Part shown: positions 35,309 to 46,100 of the stretch, in pieces
Layout of the letters: the number at the start of each line of letters is the position of its first letter
Numbering within the stretch: the first letter of the stretch is position 1
Assembly (NCBI GenBank): GCA_002839495.1
Contig: PGYD01000001.1
Location: 517 to 64,516, forward strand
Reading direction: 5' to 3'
Origin: Planctomycetes bacterium HGW-Planctomycetes-1
Lineage (GTDB): Bacteria; Planctomycetota; Phycisphaerae; Sedimentisphaerales; UBA12454
Length of the DNA stretch: 64,000 bases
Notes under the pieces: model-generated
Databases searched by the model: none
The model's input: the letters and a program-made list of their open reading frames with translations, nothing else
What the model was told of the DNA's origin: nothing
Translations under genes and position numbers: made by a program

Positions 35309-35959
35309 ATGAATCCCCGCCTTAAACAATATAAGCATATTATCTGGGACTGGAACGGTACGCTTCTGGACGATGTCTGGCTTTGCGTTGATATTCTCAA
35401 CGATATGCTCACTCGCCGAAAAATGAAAATGACAACGCTGACGCAATACCAGGCGGATTTTGATTTTCCGGTAATCAGCTATTATTTGAAAATCGGTTTC
35501 GATTTCGAAAAAGAATCGTTCGACGATATCGCCCGTGAGTATATCGCCGCTTACGAATCACAGCGTTTTCGGTGCAGTTTACGAGCCGGAACCGTCGATA
35601 TTATAAAATTGTTAAAGGCCGAAGGTGTTTTGCAGTCAGTTCTTTCCGCTTCGCAGCGGTTATCTCTGGTCGAAGCCCTCGAATTATTCAAACTGACGGA
35701 TTTTTTCGAAAATATCGCCGGTCTTGATGATTATTATGCGCACAGCAAGATGGACATCGGGAAAAATCTTATGAAAAATCTTTCGGCAAGCCGAAAAGAG
35801 GTTCTCCTTATAGGCGATACGACGCACGATTATGAAGTTGCCCGCGAATTGGGGGCCGATTGCCTGCTTACCCCCGCCGGCCATCAGTCGAAAGAAAGGC
35901 TCATTGCCTGCGGCGCAAAAGTTTGCGACAATCTTAATGAATTTTTTCAGGTTAAATAG
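35309..35959 (+). CDS. HAD-superfamily phosphatase (phosphoglycolate phosphatase-like)
   Basis: 216 aa, motif I IIWDWNGTLLDD and motif IV-like LLIGDTTHD. Confidence 0.85.
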   Translation: MNPRLKQYKHIIWDWNGTLLDDVWLCVDILNDMLTRRKMKMTTLTQYQADFDFPVISYYLKIGFDFEKESFDDIAREYIAAYESQRFRCSLRAGTVDIIKLLKAEGVLQSVLSASQRLSLVEALELFKLTDFFENIAGLDDYYAHSKMDIGKNLMKNLSASRKEVLLIGDTTHDYEVARELGADCLLTPAGHQSKERLIACGAKVCDNLNEFFQVK

Positions 35960-36591
35960 GGATTGTTCAATTTTTCCTGCCCGATTGTCGAAGCAGGCCC
36001 GTGTCCCGGCAGCACTTTCGTATCGTCCGGCAGAACAAGCAGTTTGCTTTTTATTCCTTCAATAAGCTGTTTTAGAGATTTTCGCTCGTCATATCCTGAA
36101 AAATCTGTTCTTCCGACCGACCCCGCGAAAAGTGTATCACCGCTAAAGAGAATTTTTTTATCGCTGTTGTAAAGGCAAATCCCGCCGGGCGTATGGCCGG
36201 GTGTGTGAATAATCGTAAATTTCAGACCCGCAAATTCTATTGCCCCTTCGTCTTCTAAAATTATATCTGCCGGCAAAGCCTCTATTTTCTTTCCGAGAAA
36301 GCTCGAAAAATTACGCGCCGAATCGGTAAGCATTTCGGCATCGGCCTTGTGAATACAGACCTTGATTTTTCTGAAGTTTTCCCGAAGCGGCTCGACTCCA
36401 GCGATATGGTCGCCGTGGCCGTGGGTGAGAATCAGAGCCTCGGGGTCGAGATTTCTTTCCTTTAGAAAATCCATCAAAGCCTCAACGCTCAGAGCTGTAT
36501 CAATTATGGTACAGTTTGTCGTCTTTTCGTCTTTGCGGACGATATAACAGTTATTCTCGTAGGCTCCTAAAACAAACCGGTCTATATGCAT
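35947..36591 (-). CDS. Metallo-beta-lactamase fold hydrolase (glyoxalase II-like)
   Basis: 214 aa, THGHGDHIAG metal motif, ...HTPGHTPG..., ...LPGHG... Confidence 0.88.
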   Translation of the reverse strand: MHIDRFVLGAYENNCYIVRKDEKTTNCTIIDTALSVEALMDFLKERNLDPEALILTHGHGDHIAGVEPLRENFRKIKVCIHKADAEMLTDSARNFSSFLGKKIEALPADIILEDEGAIEFAGLKFTIIHTPGHTPGGICLYNSDKKILFSGDTLFAGSVGRTDFSGYDERKSLKQLIEGIKSKLLVLPDDTKVLPGHGPASTIGQEKLNNPYLT

Positions 36592-36805
36592 TTATAACTC
36601 CTTATTAAGGAGAGAAACTATATCAGGATAACAGAATTTGTCAAATCCGGCAGTTTAATTGTTATTATAAGACCTTAATAAACCGTCCGGTAATTTTGCG
36701 TGAGACGCCGATATTCGGCTTTAGTGGAAGGTGTTTTTTGCCGAATTGATTTTTGGAAGTTTTTGCATAAAGTATTGTTTTTATTCAGGTTTGAAGGAAC
36801 GGATA

Positions 36806-37768
36806 ATGGCTCATGGTTCTCGTCAGCATCTCGCTTACGAACTTTTCAGAAGGTATGAGGGCAATCCGATACTTGAGGCCAACGACTGGCCGTATCCTGT
36901 CAATTCTGTTTTTAATCCGGCAGCGATAAAACTGCCTGACGGTACATTGCTGCTTGCCCGCGTGGAAGATATGCGCGGATTTTCTCACCTGACTTTATGC
37001 AAAAGCAAAGACGGCCTTACGAATTGGCAAATTGACGATGCGCCGACTATGGAGGCCGACCACGATTCCCGCGAGGAACGATGGGGGCTGGAGGACCCGC
37101 GGATTGTCTGGCTTGAGGAGCAGGGTCATTTCGCGATAACTTATGTATCGTTTAGCGAGGGCGGGCCTCTGGTTTCGCTTGCGATTACCAAGAATTTTAA
37201 AACATTTGCGAGGATGGGCGCAATGCTTCCGCCTGAGGACAAAGATGCCTGTCTTTTCCCGCGAAGATTTGACGGCCGGTTCGCTCTTATTCATCGCCCG
37301 ATTGTTCAGGGTGAAGCGCACATCTGGCTTAGTATGTCGCCTGATTTGAAGCATTGGGGCGACCATAGGGTTTTGCTAAGAACCCGTCACGCATTCTGGG
37401 ACGGCCAGCGCATAGGTCTTGCCTGTCAGCCGATTGAGATACCCGAGGGCTGGCTGATTTTCTATCACGGCGTAAGAGCGACTACGGCGGGACAAATATA
37501 TCGTATCGGCCTGGCTCTGCTGGACCTCGAACAGCCGTGGAAAGTTCTGCGGAGAAGCGAGGAATGGATTCTTGGTCCGCGAGCCGTTTACGAAAGAATC
37601 GGCGATGTGAGCGATGTAGTTTTTGTTACCGGTGCAACGGTTAACGAGGAAAATAACCGTTTGTATCTTTACTACGGAGCAGCGGACGACAAAATCGCGG
37701 TAGCAATGGCGAATATGGACGCGATTCGCGAATATATAATGATGTGCCCGGAAGTAAACGGCGACTGA
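36806..37768 (+). CDS. GH130-family glycoside phosphorylase/hydrolase-like protein
   Basis: ~320 aa. ...YEGNPIL...NSVFNPAAI..DG...LLARVED..., ...GLEDPRI... five-bladed propeller pattern typical of GH130. ATG 36806 (GAAGGAA upstream) preferred over the track start at 36731. Confidence 0.8.
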   Translation: MAHGSRQHLAYELFRRYEGNPILEANDWPYPVNSVFNPAAIKLPDGTLLLARVEDMRGFSHLTLCKSKDGLTNWQIDDAPTMEADHDSREERWGLEDPRIVWLEEQGHFAITYVSFSEGGPLVSLAITKNFKTFARMGAMLPPEDKDACLFPRRFDGRFALIHRPIVQGEAHIWLSMSPDLKHWGDHRVLLRTRHAFWDGQRIGLACQPIEIPEGWLIFYHGVRATTAGQIYRIGLALLDLEQPWKVLRRSEEWILGPRAVYERIGDVSDVVFVTGATVNEENNRLYLYYGAADDKIAVAMANMDAIREYIMMCPEVNGD

Positions 37769-37782
37769 CAAAGCATTAGGCG

Positions 37783-38499
37783 TTATTTCTGCATCTGCGA
37801 AAAATCAGCAGGTATAATCACATCGAACACAGATTTTTTAATAACCTTCGAAGTGTCAATTTGGGATAATTTTATTGTTATCTGTTCATCTTCTGCGGTG
37901 ATTGCCGAAAAAACGAACGGAAGATTGTTGTCAGGACTGATTTTTATTTCGATTTCTTTGTAGGTCTTGAAGAATCTGGAGTTTTCTTTCGGTTTCAAAA
38001 ACAGTGTGTTCTGCACAGCGGTTATATCGAACTGCTCGGCCATCTGATTATTTTTCGCCAGCCCGATAATAGGAAAATAATCCTGCACAAGCTCGAAAGG
38101 TTCAATAGGTTTTTCTTCGGCAAGCCTGTCCGTCGCAGCGGATTTGGCCTGATAGTCGATTTTTGTCAGCTTCATTCCATCGAAGATATAATCTTCTTTA
38201 TAACTCTGCTGTTTGGACTGGTCCTGTTTTAGAGTCAGAAAATTTATTCTTAACGCGGAAAAATCAGCGTCTTTAATATAAAAAATCCTGCCTGTTCTTA
38301 CTGTTTGCGTATCGAATAAAGGCTGGATATGCGTATATTCGATTTTAGCCGAAAGATTTTTGAGATTATCAGCCGCCCGGTTCAGTTTTTCTATGACACC
38401 TTTGATTTGTGCCTGCTCATTCGGTTCTCCTGCCGCCCCGACACTTTGAAAGATTGAAAGGACAATCAATAATATAATTTTATTTTTCATAGGACTCAA
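37783..38499 (-). CDS. LolA-like / outer-membrane lipoprotein-sorting-like secreted protein
   Basis: 238 aa. Signal peptide, then a LolA-like pattern (...NLKNLSAKIEYTHIQPLFDTQTVRTGRIFY...). Overlaps the upstream HAD gene end. Confidence 0.65.
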   Translation of the reverse strand: MSPMKNKIILLIVLSIFQSVGAAGEPNEQAQIKGVIEKLNRAADNLKNLSAKIEYTHIQPLFDTQTVRTGRIFYIKDADFSALRINFLTLKQDQSKQQSYKEDYIFDGMKLTKIDYQAKSAATDRLAEEKPIEPFELVQDYFPIIGLAKNNQMAEQFDITAVQNTLFLKPKENSRFFKTYKEIEIKISPDNNLPFVFSAITAEDEQITIKLSQIDTSKVIKKSVFDVIIPADFSQMQK

Positions 38500-39070
38500 T
38501 TATATCTATTATTTTTGTCAGACTGTCAACGGTATAATCCGCCCATTCGGCGAATTGCTGTGATTTTTCGGAGTTTTTCATCAAAACCGCAATAGCCCCG
38601 GCCGATTTTGCACTTTGCAGGTCAAACAGATAATCTCCGACAACAATAGCATCCTGAGGCTGAATGTTGAAATGTTTACAGAGTTTCTTTACTCCGAACG
38701 GGTCGGGTTTTGCCGGCCCATCGTGACGGTCAACAATCGCGTCGAATTCGATATTATGTTTTTTTGCTACCGCAGATGTGTTCGAGCGGGTATTGCGCGT
38801 CAAAACGCCGATATGGATTTTTCTGTCTCTGAGCCATCGAAGAGTTTCCGCCGCCCCTTTGTTCAGAGCCGAATGCTCTATGGCAAGCTGCTCGTGTTTA
38901 TACAGAATTTCCTCTGCCCGTTTTCTTTCCGCCGGCGGCATTGTCTCCATCACCTCAAGCAGAGGCCCTGAATCGGCGGCAAGTCCGAGCTCGACACGGA
39001 TTTTGTCGAAATCCAGATAAGGCTTGGTTATTGTGCCGTCAAGGTCGAATATTACCGCTTTGATTTTCAT
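38480..39070 (-). CDS. HAD-superfamily hydrolase
   Basis: 196 aa, motif I VIFDLDGTIT, ...VVGDYLFDLQSA... Confidence 0.88.
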   Translation of the reverse strand: MKIKAVIFDLDGTITKPYLDFDKIRVELGLAADSGPLLEVMETMPPAERKRAEEILYKHEQLAIEHSALNKGAAETLRWLRDRKIHIGVLTRNTRSNTSAVAKKHNIEFDAIVDRHDGPAKPDPFGVKKLCKHFNIQPQDAIVVGDYLFDLQSAKSAGAIAVLMKNSEKSQQFAEWADYTVDSLTKIIDIIESYEK

Positions 39071-39073
39071 AGG

Positions 39074-39958
39074 CTATTTAATTTTACTGCGAAGAATATC
39101 GACAAATGCCTTTAAGTTATTGTTCATCACACGGTTCTTTCTGATTATTACAGCGGTCGGTCTTGTAAATTTTTCATTTGAAAACGGTATCGCCTTTAAA
39201 GTACCGTTTGCAAGCTCGTTTTTTATTGTCGTTTCCGGCATTATACTTATACCTGCATTTATTTCCACTACCCGTTTTATCGTTTCGACATTGTCGAATT
39301 CCATTATCGGTTTTACCGCTATATTATAGTTCAGCAGAAGCTGGTCTATCCAGTTTCTTGTCGGCACATTGTGCGCAAAGGCGATAAAAGGTTCATATTG
39401 CATCATATAAACATCGACACTTGTCTTTTTGGCAAACGGATGCTGCGGGCTGCATACTAATACGAGCGGCTCGGCAACGAAATCGAAAATCTGTATGTCC
39501 GGATGATTCCGCGGCACGGCAACCAGCCCTACGTCGATTTTTCCTAAAAGCAGGCGGTTGTAAATCTCAGCGGCGCTTAGGTATTCGATGTCGAGATACA
39601 CCTGCGGGTGCAGCTCCATAAATTTTTTCACATAACTCTGAAGACTGTGCATTCCTATGCTGTAAATAGCGGCAATGCTGATTTTGCTCTTGGTAGAACT
39701 TTTAAGATAGTTGAGACTGCTTTGAAAACTTTCATATCTGCTCAATACATCCTTGCAGGTGTTATAGAAAAGCTCTCCGGCGTCGGTCAGACTGAACGAT
39801 TTTCTGCTGCGGTCGATTAAAGGGGTATGAAAAGATTTCTCAAGTTGAGCCAGTTGCTGTGAGACCGCCGATTGGCTGAGCATATTTTTCTCCGCAGACT
39901 TGGAAAAGCTCTTTAATTCCGCCAAATCGCAGAAAATCTGTAATGTCTCAATCTGCAT
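39074..39958 (-). CDS. LysR-family transcriptional regulator
   Basis: 294 aa, N-terminal HTH ...FSKSAEKNMLSQSAVSQQLAQLE... and LysR substrate-binding domain. Divergent from gdhA, 3 nt upstream of the HAD gene. Confidence 0.92.
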   Translation of the reverse strand: MQIETLQIFCDLAELKSFSKSAEKNMLSQSAVSQQLAQLEKSFHTPLIDRSRKSFSLTDAGELFYNTCKDVLSRYESFQSSLNYLKSSTKSKISIAAIYSIGMHSLQSYVKKFMELHPQVYLDIEYLSAAEIYNRLLLGKIDVGLVAVPRNHPDIQIFDFVAEPLVLVCSPQHPFAKKTSVDVYMMQYEPFIAFAHNVPTRNWIDQLLLNYNIAVKPIMEFDNVETIKRVVEINAGISIMPETTIKNELANGTLKAIPFSNEKFTRPTAVIIRKNRVMNNNLKAFVDILRSKIK

Positions 39959-39999
39959 AAAAAACAGCTCCTATTTTAACTATGACCGAAATCAACTAT

Positions 40000-40016
40000 T
40001 ATAAGTAAAGCTTATA
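40000..40016. promoter_or_regulatory. Candidate LysR-type box (T-N11-A inside the perfect dyad TATAAG-N5-CTTATA)
   Basis: TATAAGTAAAGCTTATA read directly. Its centre lies about 65 nt upstream of the transcription start predicted from the gdhA promoter candidate. Confidence 0.4.
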
Positions 40017-40037
40017 CAAGTTATTAAGATTTAGAAT

Positions 40038-40066
40038 TTGTTTTATGCGATTTTAAGGCGTATAAT
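40038..40066 (+). promoter_or_regulatory. Candidate gdhA promoter TTGTTT-17-TATAAT
   Basis: Perfect -10 at 40061-40066 and TTG-containing -35 at 40038-40043. Confidence 0.45.
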
Positions 40067-40132
40067 TAGTATAGATGCAGTTATTACAGGATGTACTTCT
40101 AAATATATTATTAACAAATTTTATAGTAATAG

Positions 40133-41512
<1,380 letters not shown>

Positions 41513-41534
41513 AATTAAAGATGAATTAACTCCA

Positions 41535-41645
41535 CCCCGCACCTATTTGTATTGTGCGTAAGGACAGTAATTGTAGAGTAGTTATATAAATTACTTTACG
41601 ATTTGATTGTGTTGAGTCACAGAACAAATAGGTGCGGGGTTTTTT
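41535..41645 (+). terminator. CCCGCACC/GGTGCGGG inverted-repeat cassette, copy 3, followed by a T-run (likely gdhA terminator)
   Basis: 16-bp perfect arms CCCCGCACCTATTTGT (41535-41550) / ACAAATAGGTGCGGGG (41624-41639), then TTTTTT. The interior can fold further (CGTAA/TTACG, AGTAATT/AATTACT). Confidence 0.7.
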
Positions 41646-41682
41646 ATTGCTTAAAAAGGGGTCTTTTATTAGAATTCTGCCT

Positions 41683-42387
41683 ATGGCACAAGAGGCAAAT
41701 CTAAACAAGGTTTTTGACCAGCACGTGAAACTGGAGGAGTTTTTTACAGGCTTTTCCGTAAAAAAGGACAAGCCGCCTCAACAGCCGCAAAAAGATATTA
41801 TCGCCGAGCTTAATCAGCTTGCTGATGAGGTAAAGACTTGCCAAAAATGTGTTCTTGGCACAACTCGCACAAACGCCGTCCCCGGCGAAGGAAATCCCAA
41901 TGCTCAAATAGTCTTTGTCGGTGAAGGACCCGGCGCAGATGAAGATGCACAAGGCAGACCGTTTGTCGGCAGGTCAGGCCAGCTTCTTGATAAAATTATT
42001 ATCGCTATGGGATTAAAGAGAAGCGATGTCTATATATGCAATATTGTAAAATGCAGACCGCCGGAAAATCGCGAGCCAAGACCGGAGGAAATTATAAGCT
42101 GCCTGCCGTTTCTTAAAAGACAGCTCGGCTTAATCAGGCCAAAGGTGATTGTCGCGCTCGGAGCGCCGGCGGCAAAGACGCTTTTGGAGACAAACAAGCC
42201 CATTGGCCAGATTCGAGGCAAATTTTTCGATTATTATTTCGACGATTTTTCGCCGCCCGTCAAGCTTATGCCGACGTATCATCCGGCATATCTCTTGCGG
42301 AATTATTCGCACGAAAATCGTATGAAAGTCTGGGAAGATATGAAAACCGTCTTGGCTGAACTCGGTCTGTCGGTGCCGAAAAGATAA
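41683..42387 (+). CDS. Uracil-DNA glycosylase, family 4 (Fe-S type)
   Basis: ...CQKCVLGTTRTNAVPGEGNPNAQIVFVGEGPGADED..GRPFVG.SGQLL..., ...HPAYLLR. ATG 41683 preferred over the GTG at 41632, which lies inside the repeat arm. Confidence 0.92.
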   Translation: MAQEANLNKVFDQHVKLEEFFTGFSVKKDKPPQQPQKDIIAELNQLADEVKTCQKCVLGTTRTNAVPGEGNPNAQIVFVGEGPGADEDAQGRPFVGRSGQLLDKIIIAMGLKRSDVYICNIVKCRPPENREPRPEEIISCLPFLKRQLGLIRPKVIVALGAPAAKTLLETNKPIGQIRGKFFDYYFDDFSPPVKLMPTYHPAYLLRNYSHENRMKVWEDMKTVLAELGLSVPKR

Positions 42388-42494
42388 AAATTAGCCACAG
42401 AGAACACAGAGGACGTAGAGAAAATAAAATATTTTTAAAGTGGCCCCGAATGAACACGAATTGACACAAATATTTATATTAAGCGAAGAAGAAA

Positions 42495-43175
42495 ATGAAG
42501 TTGCAATATCTTGGAGATTCCAAAGATAGTTTCAAATGGGATTATCATGATTATCTCACAAACAATTTAGGATATCCATGTTTGAATATTCTATTGATGA
42601 TGACTCCTGATGACCAAAGTGATAATGGCAAAACATCTCCTTCAGATTTTCATTCAAAAGTTGAAATAATAAATTTTTGTAAAGAATTGAGGGAATTTCG
42701 CAATCTCAACCTTATTACTGAACTTCCCAATCGAACCGGCTCAAAATATATAGTGAAATTGCATAAGCCAAATATTAATATCACCAATAAAAATAGAACG
42801 TCATATTTTTCCAATATTGCCGCAGAAAAGGATCAGGTAATTTTTTTAGATCCAGACAATGGCTTTCAACCAGATGGGAAATTCAACAAAAAACATGTAT
42901 TATATGGTGAGATAAATTGTTTGCTGGAGAAAATATCAGATAACTCAGTTATTTCAGTTTTTCAGCATTTTCGTCGCAGGAATTTTGGAGAAGATTTCAA
43001 GAAGATAAGAGATCGTTTGTTAAAATATACGCCTTGTTTTGTGGCAGCTATTTATTGGAATTTTCTTATGTTTGTCTGTCTCAGCAAGTCAAAAGAGACA
43101 ATTGGGAAAGTGGTGAAGATAAACGAAAATTATAAAAAAATGGAAATCAATAAAATCAACGTAATCAGTGATTAA
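42495..43175 (+). CDS. Hypothetical protein, AT-rich, tightly linked to addB
   Basis: 226 aa. N-terminal MKLQYLGDSKDSFKWDYHDYL and central VIFLDPDNGF motifs. No family I can name with confidence. Stop lies 6 nt before the addB ATG. Confidence 0.75.
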   Translation: MKLQYLGDSKDSFKWDYHDYLTNNLGYPCLNILLMMTPDDQSDNGKTSPSDFHSKVEIINFCKELREFRNLNLITELPNRTGSKYIVKLHKPNINITNKNRTSYFSNIAAEKDQVIFLDPDNGFQPDGKFNKKHVLYGEINCLLEKISDNSVISVFQHFRRRNFGEDFKKIRDRLLKYTPCFVAAIYWNFLMFVCLSKSKETIGKVVKINENYKKMEINKINVISD

Positions 43176-43181
43176 AAAATT

Positions 43182-46100
43182 ATGGTTCAATTTATATTAG
43201 GCAGAAGCGGGGCGGGAAAGACAACGCTTTGCATAAAGCAGATTATAGATTCTCTGCTTGAAGGCAAAAGCGAACAAAATTTAGTTTTTCTTGTTCCAGA
43301 ACAGGCGACATACCAGGCTGAAAGGGCGATTCTTTCTGATTCGAGAATCAAAGGCTACAGCAGATTGGGCGTCTTGTCTTTTCAAAGGCTCTGCTACCTG
43401 ATTTTCGGCAAGAATCTTGCCGCAAGGCCGCTGACGCAGCAGGGGCGGGATATGATTGTTCATCGCCTGCTTGCCGAAAATGCCGACAAGCTTTCGATTT
43501 TTTCGTCCTCTGCCGCCGCCGGCGTCGCAACCGCCATAGCCGAACTTCAGCAGTTCGGCAAAAGCCCCGACGATATCGAAAAACTTATCGAGCAGATGAA
43601 AGACACTTCGGAATTAACTGTCGGCAAATTGTCCGACATAAATCTGATTTACAAACAGTATCTTGCCTTTGTCGAGGGCAATTTCCTCAATAACGACAAT
43701 CAGTTGAATCTTGCCAAAGATGCCGTCGCCCATACGCCTTTTTTGAAAAATTGTCTGCTGTGGGTTGACGGCTTTGCGGGTTTTACGACTTCGGAATCGC
43801 TTTTACTTGCCGAGCTTTTAAAAGTATCCTCTTCGGCTAAAATAGCTTTGTGTCTTGACGAAATGGAAACTACTCCTGTCGCTAACGCTCCAGGCTCTGT
43901 TGGGGCGGGGATTTTCGAGCCCACCCAAAAAACATATAACGACCTTGGTTCTCTGATTAAAGCGATGAAATTGCCCGTTGAAAAACCTGTTATTTTGCCA
44001 CAGGCAAACCGGTTCAAAAATTCAAAGGCTTTAGCTTATCTTGAAAAAAACATTTTCAGTTTTGAAAATGTTCCGCCTGTTTCCTGTAATAGCGAGGTAA
44101 AAATTACCGCCTGCGCGAAGACGAGGCTTGAAGTCGATTACGCCGCCCGCCAGATTTGCTCTCTTGTCAGGGACAAGGGTTTCCGCTGGCGTGATATAGC
44201 CGTGATTGCATCTGATATCGACCAGTATCGCCATTTCATACAGGCGATTTTCTCTGACTTTAATATTCCTTTCTTTATCGACCGCAGACGGGATTTGCAG
44301 CAGTATCCTGCGGTTGAACTGCTCACAAGCGCTCTCAAAATCGCTACCGACAGGTTTACCACTAACGATGTAATAAATTATCTCAAAAGCGACCTTGCCG
44401 GCGTAAGTCGCGATGAAGTTGACCGGCTCGAAAATTACTGTCTTGCCTTCGGTGTTGATGGCAAAGACTGGCTGGCAGCTGATGTGTGGGACTTTGCGCC
44501 GCCGAATAATGGCTTCGATAATGACCAAATCGATAAAATACGAAATAAAGCGGCGGAAAATCTTTTGCAGTTAAGAGTGCTGTTGCAAAGTGAAAAAAAT
44601 CTTACAGCCGAGCAGTTTTGTCAGGCGATTTTTGTGTTTCTCGACAGTCTCGATGTAAGAGGGCGATTAGCCGACTGGACAAAGGCCGCGATTGAAGCAG
44701 GCAGGCTTGACGAGGCGCAATTGCATCAGCAGTTTTTCGCCCAATTTACGCAATTGATGGACGATTTTGTTTTTATTTTCAAAAATTCCTCTTTTTCATC
44801 AGAACAGTATGCAGCGATCATCAGTTCTGCGTTTTCTCAGATGACGGTAGCCCTGATTCCGCCCGCGCTCGACCAGGTGCTTGTCGGCTCGATTGAGAGA
44901 AGCCGCCATCCCGATTTGAAAGCGGTTTTTCTTCTCGGCGCAACCCAGCAGCAGTTTCCAATTCCGGTTCGTTACGATAATATTCTTAATGATGCCGACC
45001 GCAAGGCCGCTTCTGACAGCGGTTTCAAACTGTCGCGCACCGGCTCGCCCCAGCTTATCGAACGCAGATATCTCGCTTATATCGCCTTTACCCGTCCCAG
45101 TCATTTTTTGTATATCACATATCCGCTCGCCGATGAAAAAGGTGCTAAAATCGAACATAGTTTTCTTGTCAGCGAGTTAAAATCGCTGTTCAGTGATTTG
45201 GAAGAGGGAAAATATTTCGGGAGCTGCGGCTTTGGCGGTTTGTACAATATTTCCGATTTATCTTTACTGCTCGCATCGCGTCTCGGCAGGGATAATTTAT
45301 CGCCTCAGGACGATTTGGACGCCAAATGCAAATGGCTGCTTGATAATCTCTCCCGTGTCATTCCCGCGCAAGCGGGAATCCAAATTAAGTCCGCGATTGA
45401 TTATGAAAATATCGCTCGGCTCGATAATTTGCCTGCCGAAGACGTTCTTTCCGCAAGCGCAACGAAATTGAGAGCTTTCGCAAGCTGTCCTTATCAGTAT
45501 TTCGCAAGACACATTCTTGGGCTTGAGGAAAGACAGGTTTTCGAATTGGAGCCTTTCCGTCAGGGCCTTTTCTATCATAAGGTTCTTGAGTTATTATTTA
45601 ACAGCTTAAAGAATAAAAATCTTACTTTCTCAACCGCCCAAACCGATGTGCTTAATCAGCTTATCGACAAGTCTGTCGAACAGCTTCTTATAGAGGATGC
45701 TTTTCTGAAAAGTTTCAAGACAAGGACCAAACACAACGATTATATTATAAACTCGGCATCGCAAACTATTAAGGATGCCGTCGTTGAATTTGCTCAGATT
45801 GCCTCGGCAGGCGAATTTGAACAGCTTGCCGCTGAAATAGTTTTCGGCAACGGATTTTCTCCGTCTGTGCTTGAAATTAAACTCAAAAACGGCAAAAAAC
45901 TTCACGTCGAAGGCAAAATCGACAGAATCGACACCGTTTCAAAATCAGGCGCAACTTATTGTCTATTAATAGATTATAAAACTTCAGAAACAAAAATTAA
46001 CTGGTCGATGTTTAAGGCAGCTCTCGACTTACAGCTTCCGATATATCTGCTTGCCGTCAGAAATCAGACTATCGGAGAAAGTAAAAATCTTATTCCTTTA

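Noticed and set aside
36598-36612. Small palindrome CTCCTTATTAAGGAG overlapping the RBS of the MBL-fold gene
   Set aside because: It has only 6-bp arms with a 3-nt loop, which is expected by chance around an AAGGAG SD.
42391-42470. CCACAGAGAACACAGAGGACGTAGAG and GAACACGAATTGACACAAAT motifs upstream of the AT-rich unknown gene. They resemble short dispersed repeats seen in some genomes.
   Set aside because: There is only a single occurrence in this window, with no inverted partner or second copy, so I cannot support a repeat or operator call.
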